From assembly GCF_963921235.1 (NCBI RefSeq), contig NC_086097.1, positions 156,614,001 to 156,678,000 on the forward strand: DNA of 64,000 bases. The letters are read 5' to 3'. The notes under the pieces are model-generated. The model saw nothing but the letters and a program-made list of their open reading frames with translations, did no database searches and had not been told where the DNA came from. This document shows, piece after piece, positions 22,830 to 34,377 of the stretch; position 1 is the first letter of the stretch; each line of letters opens with the position of its first letter. The stretch is from Mobula hypostoma. Taxonomy: Eukaryota. The translations under genes were made by a program, and so were the position numbers.

Positions 22830-24478
22830 TGATCCAAGTGATTTGTTTATCTGCAGAACTTACAGTTTCCTAAGCACCTACTCTTTAGTAATACCAATAA
22901 TATTTGCTTCTATCCCCAGAAATGTTTTAATTTCTGCCACATTGTTAGTGTCTTCCACAGTAAAGACTGATGCAAAATACTTAGTAAGATTGTCTGCTAT
23001 TTCTTTATCTCCTATTATTACCTCTCTAGCATCATCTTCTAATGCTCCAATCTCCACTCTTGCCTCCCTTTTACTCTTTATATATCTTAAAAATCCTTTA
23101 TTATCCTCTCTGATATTTTGGCTAGCTTAACGTTACGTTTTATCTTTTCTCTCCTTATAGCTTTTTTTTATAAATAACCTTTGGAAGGTTTTTAAAAGCT
23201 TCCACATCCTTTAACTTCTGATTAGTTTTTGCTATATTACATGTCCTCTCTTTTGCTTTTATATTTTCTTTGATTTCCCTTGTCACCCACAGTTGCTTTA
23301 TCCTCTCTTTAGAATATTTTTTCTTCTTTGGGAGGTTTCTATATTGTGCCTTCCTAATTGCCTCCAGAAGCTCCAAGCATTGCTGTTTTGCCATCATCCC
23401 TGCTAGTGTCCCCTTCCAATCAATTTTGGCCAGTTCCTCTTTCATGCCTCTGTATTTGCCTTTACTGCACTATATTACTAATACATTTTACCTTATCTTT
23501 GTCCTCTCAAACTGTAGGATGAATTCTATTTTATTATGATCTCCCATTGGTTCCTTTACCTTAAGTTCACTAATCAATTTTGGATTATGACACAACACCC
23601 AATCCAGAATTGCCTTTTCCTTAGTAGTCTCAAGCACAAGCTGCTCTAAAAAGTCATTTCCTCTGCATTCTACAATTTCTTTCTCTTAGGATCAAATGCC
23701 TGGGTGTATTCTGGAGTTAGGGTACATAGTAAATATTAATTTCACCAGCAACCAATCTTCAGACATGAACGTGGATTGTAGATTGAATTTAAAATGAAGC
23801 CCTGATCAATAGTTTTCCTGGAGCTGTCGACTGGAGTTGATTGCAAACCAGACAATGCTGATTAACATTCATCTTGGGTGTCTGGATTGTGGGTGTGAAG
23901 AAGGAGGTGTATGAAAACTGTATGTAAATCAATTGAAGCATTGTAGGTACATTGTAACTATAGAATTGTCTTGCTGTTACTTTTGATCTTTAGTATATGA
24001 AAATGACATGTAATATTGAGTTGCTGGGCCCCTTCTTCTGATGCCTGCTGTTTCTTGGTGATGAATACAGCAATTCTGTATTCATTAGCCGCAATGTCTC
24101 TCTGGTGACTTAATTCACATCACAATACCAGCATTAAACTGATTTTCCCCAATCCCTCCAGATTGGAATTTCTTTGACAATTGGAACATTGCCCTTTTCA
24201 TATCCCTTTTCTTTTTCCCATTGAAATTTATATTCCACATCCTAGCTACTGTCTGGGGGCTTGTATATAACTTTCATCAGTTTTTTTTTACTCTTGCGGT
24301 TGCTTAATTGTACCCACAAGGGTTCTACATCTTCCAGTCCTATGTCACTTCTTTGAAAGCATTTGATTTCATTCTTCAATAACAGAGCCACCCTAACTCC
24401 TCTGCCTACCTGGCTGTCCTTTTGATATAAAATATATCCTTGGATGCTAAGCACCCAGCTATGATATTTTATCAGGCA
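22830..24478 (-). mobile_element. Old CR1 5' half (endonuclease region), with unrelated sequence at ~23700-24120
   Basis: ORFs 23155-23445 (EELAKIDWKG) and 24242-24541 (IQGY..RGVRVALL..IYKPP). Confidence 0.75.
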
Positions 24479-25481
24479 GCCACTTACTTGGGACAACTCT
24501 TTAAAAAATATAATTGAGAAAATAGCTTGGATTCCCTTCATTTATTTGGGACATTATGCCACTTAATTGGAGACTGTTGTAAAGCAGTTTCTAACTAGCA
24601 TCAGTCGCATGCACTTGTGTAACCAGCATTACACCATGTTTAGAGTGAACAGTTTTTAAATCGTGTCAGTTACATGTTTGTGTTCAAAAAGCAATGATTT
24701 TTGTTACTGATATCTGGCAAGAAATAAACAGTAGGACAATTCAGCAGTTTTGCTCTCTGTGGTTTCAAGCATTCAGACTTGGAGATGCCAGAAACAGCTG
24801 GGAGTGAAAATGAAACAATTTCACCACTTCATAGGAACTATGAGGGTATCAATAATCATCTTGAATGTTACCTTTGGTCTGCACTGGACATTCAGCTCTC
24901 ACTTGTGGCTCTAAGTAGCTGTTTGTATGCAACAATGGCTACACCACGGTACATCAATTCAACACGTAGGCTAAACCAGGTGAGGGTAGCCGTTGGGTCT
25001 CCTACACCAGTGAGATAGGGACATGCCTGCCCTACTATGCAAAGTCAGCTCTGGTGGATTGGGTGGATAAGTTCTAAAGTGAGATGCAATGACAGTTCGG
25101 CAATGCTAAGTGGAGAGAAAATCACACTGAGGAAGTCATGTTCTTCCACTGCAGCCATGGAAGACACCAATTGAGATGTCTACTTGTCCCACAGTGCCCA
25201 GACTTCCAAGCTCAAGAGAGCAGAACTGCCCCAGTGCAACAGCTTTTCCATTTTAAAAACTCTCCCACAAGGTTTCCTGTTATTGTTGGATATGATGGAC
25301 AATCACCAATAGTATCGGTAGTGTTCTAATTTGTTCTGTATTTCGAAAGTGAGTAATTTTTTACTCATTTAAATGGTAGTTTATCTTTTTTAAAGCTTTT
25401 TAAATGTTTCCATGAAACTTTGGCTAACTGGGCCAAAATGTACTGGTCTCGATGTGTCCCAGTTAACCGGAATCCACTGTA
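24479..25481. mobile_element. pogo/Tigger-like MITE relic with an internal insertion (~24870-25310)
   Basis: Right end tcccagttaaccggaatccactg-TA; related end tacaggggattctggttaattggg at ~17251; repeated aattggga motifs at 24480-24575. Confidence 0.5.
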
Positions 25482-26799
25482 TTTTTCTAAGGAAACTGTC
25501 TATTTTGGAATAAAAGCAGTATGATATTCAGATTTTACTGAGCAGTCATCCAGAAATATGCTTCACCAAAAATATGAAATCAAAACAGTTTACAAAGTTC
25601 ATTGTTTTTAAGTTGTTCATTTCTTTTACATCAAACAAAGTTTCTTGGAGTACCCATTCCCTGTTTTCATCTCTATTTTCTACCTTCTGTATCCAGTTCC
25701 ACATGGAATTATTCAAGCAAAATATTCAAACAGATTGATGTTGTAATTAATTATTTTGAAAAGCTGTTTTTTAATTAAACTTTCCCTCAGGTCAGAGTAC
25801 ATCTAAGAGTGCCTGCCTTAGGCAACAACAATGATTTCTGGGGTTCTGTAATGATTTGACAACATTGAGATGTTCACAAAAAATGAGCAAACATACTGTA
25901 TACTCTGGACAATAGCTACTAAGTCAACTGAAGAACTTTGGAACAGCCTCAGCTCCCGAAAAGGCATGTCCGGTGATTTCATCAGGTGCTAATGAGAGAT
26001 GGTGCCTACCATACTGAGCATTAACAGCAGAGACTTTCACATAAGATGTTTAAAACCATGATCTGGATGGAGAAATACGAGTTGACAGTGATCACAAGTG
26101 CCAAGTTACTAGACAAGTATATGGAGGAATTTAAGGTGGGGGGTTATGTGGGAGGTAAGGTTTGAGGGTTGGCATAACGATGTGGGCTGAAGGGCCTGTA
26201 CTGTGCTGTACTATTCTATATTCTATGTTTTCATCCATTATTCTGTTTATCAATATTTCTCCAGGAGCTAAAGGAATATTGCTGGAGGAACCAGATTGAA
26301 TAGCGTCTCGGGGTGAGGGGATGTAAGGAACTGTCAATCCATCAGGACTGAAAATGGATAACGAAGTTTGCTGGTTTAAAGAGGAAAGGGAAGAAAGCTG
26401 ATAGCTAATTGGTGGATGGAGGAGAACTGAAGGATAATGGGTAGACAGATCCAGGTGGAGTCAGAGCAGATGGATGACAAGTGGAAACAGACAAGGAAAA
26501 AAGGCAGATTATTCTGGTGGAAGGAGGACAGGATGAAGATGGAGACAATTTTAGGAGGGTGCTAAGGAAGAATACAAAGGCTACAAATGCTAAAATCTGT
26601 CCAGTAAAGAAGATAATAATGGAACTATTAAGGGAGAGATGTAAGGTAGATGGAACCAGATGGGGGAAGGGATTGGTGGGTGAAGTGTGGGGTGATAAAC
26701 AAGGGGAACCAAGATGGGAAGGGAGACAAAAATGGGTGGAGGGGAAATAGGACAATAAGAATGGAAGTGAATTGGAAGAACAGAGGGAGAAGAACGCAA

Positions 26800-28145
26800 G
26801 TGGTAAAGCTAGACAATAGTATTAAAGAGAATACTAAAGTTTTTTCAGATATATAAAGAGTAACTGAGAGGGAAGGGTAGCTATCAGACCACTGGAAAAT
26901 TACACTGGAGCGATACTAATTGGGAACAAGGAAATGGCGGACAAAATAAATAAATATTTTGCATCCATCTTCATTGTGGAAGACACAAGCAGTATACTGG
27001 AAATTTGAGAATGTTAGGGGGTTTAGCTGCTATTACCAGGGATAAGGTGCTTGGGAAGCTGAAAGGCCTGAAGGTAGATAAGTCATCTCGACCAGATGGA
27101 CTACACCACAGGATTTTGAAGGAGGTGGCTGGGGTGGATTGTGGAGGCATTACTAATGATCTTTCAAGAATCACTAGATTCTGGCAGTGATCTGGAGAAG
27201 TGTCACTCCACTTTTCAGCTAGGAGGGAGGCAGAAGAAAGGAAAGTATAGGCCTGTAAGCCTGATCTCAGTGGTTGGGAAGGTATTGGTGTGCATTATTA
27301 AAGATAAAGTATCAGGGTATTTGGTGGCAATTGATAAGATAGGTCAAAGTCAACAAGGTTTCCATAAGAGAAATCTTGTCTGATATATCTGTTAGAATTC
27401 TTTGAGGAAATAACAAGCAAGATAAACAAAGGAGAATCATTTGCTGTTGTATACTTGGATTTTCAGAAAGCCTTTGACAAGGTGCCTCCCATGAGACTGC
27501 TTAACAAGTTAAGAGCTCATGATATTACAGGAAAGATACTAGCATGGATAGAGCATTGGCTGGTGGGCAGGTGGAAAGAGGGGGAATAAAGGGAGATTAG
27601 GACAATGGCAAAGAAGTAGCAGATGGAAGACAATGTCAAGAAATGTATGGTTATGCACTTTGTTAGAAGAAACAAAAGTATAGACTATCTTATAAATGGG
27701 CAGAAAATTCAAAAATCCGAGATGCAAAGGGACTTGAGAATCCTGGTGCAGGTTTCCCTAAATGTTAATCTGCCCATTGTGTCAGTGGTGAGAAAGGTAA
27801 ATGCAATGTTAGCATTCATTTTGACAGGACTAGAATATCAAAGCAAGGATGTAACGTCAAGGCTGTATAAGGCACTGGTGAGGTCTCACTTGGAATATTG
27901 TGAGAAGTTTTGATATTCTTAACTAAGAAAGGATTAGCTGGCATTGCAGAGGGTTCAGAGAAGGTTGATAAGAATGCTTTCAAGAATGAAAGGTTTATGT
28001 ATGAGGAGCATTTGATGGCTCTGGGAAATTCACTGGAATTTCGAAGAATTGTGCGGGGGGGGGGAAGAATCTCATTGAAACCTATTGAATGTTGAAAGGC
28101 CTTGCTAGAATGGATGTGAAGAGGGTATTTCCTATAGTGGGGGAT
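26800..28145 (+). mobile_element. Degenerate CR1 ORF2
   Basis: LKGLKVDKS..PDGLH, YRPVSLISVVGK, LYKALVRSHLEYC relics. Confidence 0.85.
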
Positions 28146-28159
28146 AGGGTTAGAGGGCT

Positions 28160-29463
28160 TAACAGAGTTCATTCTGGGGAACTTACTTGGGGAGCAGGGT
28201 AAAGATCCAAAGTCCTTGAAGTCCACAAGCCAGCAGCTCTTAAGATTGGTTAGCAGTCGTTGGGCACACAGGAAATCTGCACCAAGCAGAGGTCTAGCCA
28301 TTTTAGCCATGACAAAGTCCCATGTGTAACATCGTCCACTGAAACAGAGCATCATTTGTTGTGTCACATAGGTCTGGATCCTGTTGCTGTTGGTGGTCTC
28401 TAGCAAGGTTTCTTTGCCTTCTCATCAATAGGCGATGCAAGCAGCACACTCACTTGAGCACCCCATCACACAGGATGTGTCACCCTGAAAGGTTGTCCAT
28501 AATGAACAGTAGACAACACTGGCAGCTGAAAAGCATGGTGTTCACAGACCTCTGATATCCCAATGTGCTGGCACTGTCAAAGTTGCAAGGTTGTTGGCAC
28601 TTCTAAGTGTTCGTACCAAAGCAAGTATGGTAAAAACGTAGGCCTAGCATTATCTGTTTCACAGCCGTGGGCATCCTTATGTTGGGAGTCTCTCTGACCG
28701 GGCTTATTGAGGTAGAAAAAGGAGGCGGAATGATGCATCACTGCCTAACTGAATGTAGACTATCAGCCATTTCAGCAAGCTCCTATAGTCCTTCACAGGT
28801 GCAATAGTGAGGGCTATACAAACTTGATCAAGCATTTGCTGCATGAAGAGATCCTTAAAAGTAAACAAGGATGGTGATTTCCCAGGAAAGACAGCATATG
28901 GTCCATTATCTCCGATGACTTAGCATCGCCAAGTCAGGGTAAGGAGAGCAACTGTCTGGTGAACTCATACTCCAATAGTCCAAAAGTCTGTTAAAGATGA
29001 GTTTTCAGCAATCAGTATTGAGTTCAGGCAGGTGTTCAAATAGACTCGCCACTCTCACAGCTGTGGAGTTTCCGACTGACGCAACCAAATAATAGAATTT
29101 GGTTTTGTTGGTGGTGATATCTCGCAGACCAAACTGGACTTCAGCTTGTACAACCAAGCAATGGCATTTTGATCCCAGTACTCTGGCATTTTCAAAGCAA
29201 CTGTATTGGCTAAAATGTTCAATAACTTTGGAATCATCCTGGAGCATTAGGGTCACCAAAGTAGGTTTTCACAAATAAACTGAAGTGAAGCATTTTATTT
29301 TTAATGAAACCCATAACACCTTTTACAGAGCTCTAAAGCCTAAACACAAAAGCATGTTAAAATCCTTTATATCATCACCTCAGACCAGCCTCTTGAAGTA
29401 AACCCCGACTCAACATCGGTGGTTGTGAATTATGTACATTTCTCCCAATTACGTTACCTACAC
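28160..29463 (-). mobile_element. Degenerate Gypsy-like LTR element (5' LTR relic, PBS, gag, protease)
   Basis: Minus TGGTGACCC PBS-like at ~29250-29258; gag-like W..NAIAW..E.QF..ITT..TKFYYLVAS; protease end PLLGADFL. Confidence 0.65.
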
Positions 29464-30239
29464 AGCCAATTACGATACTTTCCACTGTGCACTGTGAAGT
29501 TTGTCAAAGTTTTACATGGCATGTTGATTCCCACTTGTCAGTGGAAGACAAAAGAAAATGCAAATGTTCAAACGCAGAACAAATAACAGGATTCTGGATG
29601 AACTCAGCATCAAACAGGATCTGTGGAGGCATAAAGTGTAAACTGAAGATCTGGCACCAGTCCTGATGCTGGGTCCTGACCTAAATCGTCAACATAGCCC
29701 TTTTGTCTCACAGATTCTGCTTGACGCACTAAGTTATTCCTGTATCCTATATTTATCCAAGTTGTCAGCTGTTATTTTACCTGCAAGCATCTGCTCCTAA
29801 CCTATTTTTTTCTCTTACATTATTGATATCAGCTTTCTCTCAATTCATGAGTTTAACCTGAGGACCAGTTGTAGCCCTTGAAACTTATAGCATTACGGTT
29901 CCTGCCCCTAAAATGTTCCCTCCTGACTCCTCCATCATCTGGCCAGTTTCATTATCTAAGAAAAGGCAATTTACTGCCCTGTCTCACCACACATTGCCTC
30001 AAAAAACTTATTTGAACATATTTAATAAATTCTAACCCTTCCCATTGGACTCAGACAATCTCAGTTAATAATAGGAATGATGAAATTGCCCACTACTTTA
30101 ATCCTATTGCTCTTATGGTTTCTGCAATTTGCTTTGATGCTTGATCCTCTATTTCCCGTGGACTATTGAGGTCTATAGTATAATGTTATCACTCCTTCCC
30201 AGGTTCGAGCCATATGGCCTCATTGGATGATCTCCTGGG

Positions 30240-31046
30240 ATTTTCATGCACTACAGTCTCCAGAGATTACAGAAAATAGTGCGAAAAGCGAAAAAAAAAA
30301 GAAAGAAATCCAGAGAGGGGAAATTCTGGGGGCAAAAATGTCTTGTTAATGACAGAGGTCAGAGAAGAATGGCCAAATTGGTTCAAGATGACTCAAATAA
30401 CCAATTGTTACAACACCAGCATGCAGAAGAGAATATATGATGTGGAGATTTTAATGCTTATAATATTTCGTGGGATGTAGTGACATAAATGTGAATGGGA
30501 TGGTGGTGCAGGAATTTCTGAAAGAAAAGTTTTTGTTGTGTTTGAAAGGTGCTTAGGAGGTGGTGGTAATGGCCTGTCAGCTACCATTAATCATTACTAG
30601 AGGAAGAAGAAGAAGAAAAAGGTTCAGTTGTTCCAACCAAACATCAGAACGAGATGGGAATGTGATCTCTTTTAAGTGACTTTGGCCGTGGAATGATTAT
30701 TGGTGTCAAACATGGGTGGTTAGACTATCTCAGAAATTGCCGATCTGCATTTTCATGTGCAATAGTCTCTGGAGTTTACAGAAAAAAAACAAAACAAAAC
30801 AAAAATCCAGTGAGCAGCAGTTCTGTGGGTGAAAACACTTTGTTAATGAGGGAGGTCAGAGGAGAATGGCCAGGATGGTTGAAGCTGACCCCCAGGAAGG
30901 TGATAGCGACTCAAATAACCACACATTGCAACAGTGGTATGCAGAAGAGCATCTCTGAACACACAGCTTATTGAACCTTGAGGTAGATAGGCTACAGCAG
31001 CAGAAGGCCATATCAATACACTTAGTGGCATCTTTATTAGGTACAG
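30240..31046 (+). mobile_element. Tc1-like non-autonomous relics (two partial copies)
   Basis: Duplicated segment gaggtcagag.agaatggcca..gactcaaataacca..atgcagaagag at ~30354 and ~30852; TIR-like cacttagtggcatctttattaggtaca at ~31019-31046. Confidence 0.6.
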
Positions 31047-31136
31047 GTGGCAGCTAATTATTTTACTCATAATGAAAAATAAAACTTGTGTTTTCATATA
31101 GTAATCATGAAACATTAATAATAATGCTATACTATA

Positions 31137-31733
31137 CGAGGGCTGATTGATAAGTTTATGGCCTAAGGTAGAAGGAGTCAATTTTAGAAAACCTAGCACA
31201 TTTATTTTTCAACATAGTTCCCTCCTACATTTACACACTTTGTCCAGCGGTCGTGAAGCATACGGATCTTGGACCTCCAGAAAGTGTCCACAGCAGGGGT
31301 GATTGATAAGTTTGTGGCCTAAGGTAGAAGGAGGTGAGTTATACAGCTCTCATTATATGCACATGCAGTTCAACTCTGAGTGATTATGCAGAAAGTTTGA
31401 AGTTAATAACTCATCAGTTAATGACTTATCAGGGGTGATTGATAAGCTCGTGGCCTAAGGTAGAAAGAGATGAGTTATTAAGTTCAAACTTTCCGCATTA
31501 TCACTCCAGGAGTTGAACTGCATGTGCATATAATGAGAGCTGTATAACTCATCTCCTTCTACACCAGGCCACAAACTTATCAATCACCCCTGCTGTGGAC
31601 ACTTTCTGGAGGTCCAAGATCCGTATGTTTCACGACCGCTGGACAAAGTGTGTAAATGTAGGAGGGAACTATGTTGAAAAATAAATGTGCTAAGTTTTCT
31701 AAAATTAACTCCTTCTATCTTCTGCCACAAACT
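31137..31733. mobile_element. Mariner-derived fold-back MITE
   Basis: TA-CGAGGGCTGATTGATAAG start; ~270-bp inverted arms; arm encodes DRWTKCVNVGGNYVEK* (mariner transposase C-terminus); right tip truncated. Confidence 0.85.
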
Positions 31734-32745
31734 GGGTCCTGGGTACTTGAGGTCCTTAATAATAGACACTGCCTTTCTGAGACACCGCTCCTTGAAGGTG
31801 TCCTGGGTACTTAGTAGGCTAGTAACCAAGATGGAGCTGACTAAATTTACAACCCTCTGCAGCTTCTTTCGGTCCTGTGCAGTAGCCCCCCAACCCATAC
31901 CAGACAGTGATACAGCCTGTCAAAATGCTCTCCATGGCTCGAAGTGTTTGAATGTATTTGTTGACATACCAAATCTCTTCAAACTCCTAATGAAATATAG
32001 TTGCTGTCTTGCCTTCTTTATAACTGCATCAATATGTTGGGACCAGGTTAGGTCCTCAGAGGTCTTGATACTCAGGAACTTGAAACTGTATACTTAGCAA
32101 ATCTATAGAACAGTAACAATAAACAGTATCAGTAAACTGTAAACAAACTGTGCAAATGCAGTTAATAAATAAATAATGAACATAAAATAACAAGATTAGA
32201 GAGTCCTTAAATGAGTGTAGTTATCCCCTTTTGTTCAAGACCCTGATGGTTAAGGGGTAGTATCTGGTCTTGAAGATTGTGCTGTGAGCCCTAAGGCTCC
32301 TGTACCTTCTACCTGACAGCAGCAGTGAGAAAAGAGCATGGCCTGTGTTGTGAGGATCTTTGATAATGAATGTCGCTTTTCTACGGCAATGTTTCATGTA
32401 GATGTGCTCAATAGTTGGGAGGGTTTTATTTGTGATGTACTGTGTCGAATCCACAACCTTATGTAGGATTTTCCATTCAAAGGCGTTAGTGTTCCCATAC
32501 CAGGCTGTAATGCAGCCAGTCAGCAGACTTTCAGCACACATCTGTAGAAGTTTGCCAAGGTTTTTGATGATATGGCGAATCTCCGCAGACCCCTGAGGAA
32601 GTAGAGGCAATGTTGTGCTTCCTTTCCAACTATATTTATATGGTGGGTCCAGGATTGGTTCTCTGAGATAGTGACACCCAGGAATTTAAAGTTCTTGACC
32701 CTCTCCACCTCTGATCCCCTGATAATTATTAGTTCATCGACCTGA
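31734..32745 (-). mobile_element. Two Rex1/Babar-like LINE 3' fragments
   Basis: ERVKNFKFLGVTISEN.SW, ESLLTGCITAWYG, IIKDPH..GHALFSLLLSGRRYRS; second piece QDRKKLQRVV..RKAVSIIKD. Confidence 0.8.
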
Positions 32746-32749
32746 AGGC

Positions 32750-34375
32750 AAAAAACTCTCTTTACAAACCCTAACTACCTGTGACACCACTTGCAAGGAA
32801 TTATGGACCTGTACTCCCAGATCCCTTTGTTCTACTGCACACCTTAGTGCCTACCATTTACTGTGGAAGTCCTATCCTGGTTATCTTCCCAAAATACAAC
32901 ACCTCACACTTCTCTGCACTATATATTCCACATACAACTTTTCAACCCATTTTCTTCCTGGTCTATATCCCGCTGCAAGTTTTGCAAATCTTCTTCGCTG
33001 TATACCACACCTACAATCTTGATATCATCCGCACATCTGCTGATTCAGTTTACCACATTGTCATCCAGCTTGTTGATATGGATGGCAAATAACAAAGGAT
33101 CCCTGTGGCATACCACTACTCACAGGCCTCCATTCAGAGAGGCAACTATCTACTACCACTCTCTGGCTTCTCCCATGAAACAAATGTCTAATCCAATTGA
33201 CTACCTCACCTTGAATGTGAAGTGAATGAATTTTTTTCACAAATCACACATGCAACACCTTATCAAAGGGCTTGCTGAAGTCCATATGGACAACATCAAC
33301 TCCTTTCCTTCATCAACTTTCATGCTAACTGCCTTGAAAAGCTCTATAAAATTGGTTAGACATGACCTACCATGCACAAAGCCATGGTGAATATTCTTAA
33401 TCTGTCCCTATCTATCCAAGTATTTATATATCCAGTCTATCTTGCAAAGGAGGGGAGGAGAAGATGGCGGCATGACGCAGCACGAGTGGCCACTCCAAAA
33501 GATATCGTATTTGTAAGTAGGATGCTGTACACAATCCTGATTTGATGGAGGCAGATGTGAGAAGCATGGAGGAACATCTGGAGAAACTTCTGAAATGCCC
33601 GCTTCACTGCCGCTGCTACTGTGCGATCAAGAATCTCCAAAGGGGAAGGCCCCGAATCCTTGGCTTTGCCTGCTGCTTGGCAGCCGGGGCCAGGGTCAAA
33701 GCACTCGGCTGAGATGCTGCTCGGTGTTGGAGGGCTGGTCGCAGGCTCGAAGTTTACGGACGGACTCAAGAGTCAGTTGTGGTCGGGTGCTTCCAGGATG
33801 CTGCATCGGTAAGTTTGCAGCGCTGGAAGCTCATGGCAGGGAGAGTTTTCTTCCATCTACCGTCTGCGTGAGATGATGGGACTTTCAAGAGACTTTGAGA
33901 CTTTTTTTTACTGTGCCCATGGTCTGTTCTTATCAAATCACGGTATTGCTTTGCACTGTTGTAACTATATGTTATAATTATGTGGTTTTTGTCAGTTTTT
34001 CAGTCTTGTTTTTCTTGTGTTTCTGTGATATCACACTGGAGGAACATTGTATCATTTCTCAATGCATGCATTACTAAATGACAATAAAAGAGGACTGTGT
34101 GTCCTCATAATCTAATCTAATCTAATCTAAAATCTTTCCCCCTACTGATGTCAGGCTCACTGGCCTATAATTTCCCGGCTTATTCTTAGAGCCTTTTTTC
34201 AACAACAAAACAACATTAGCTATATTCTAATCCTCCAGCCAGCAGATAGCTCTGCTAGGCATCTGCAATTTCTGCACTAATCTCCTGCAAGGTCTAAGGG
34301 AACACCTCATCTGGCCCTGTGGATTTATCCACCCTTATTTTTCCTCAAGACATCAAGCAACTTCTCCTTCTGTAA
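32750..34375 (-). mobile_element. Degenerate CR1 RT region interrupted at ~33440-34129
   Basis: Reverse complement of YMDFSKPFDKV, HGFVHGRSCLTNF, YRPVSLTSV, PQGSF relics. Confidence 0.75.
33450..34129 (+). mobile_element. Non-coding non-autonomous retroelement with (TCTAA)n tail
   Basis: 5' gaggagAAGATGGCGG, GC-rich body, AATAAA at 34084, tail aatctaatctaatctaatctaa. Confidence 0.7.
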
Positions 34376-34377
34376 TC

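Noticed and set aside
25770..25900. Acceptor-like tttccctcag followed by unique sequence
   Set aside because: No convincing open frame or donor; no recognisable protein
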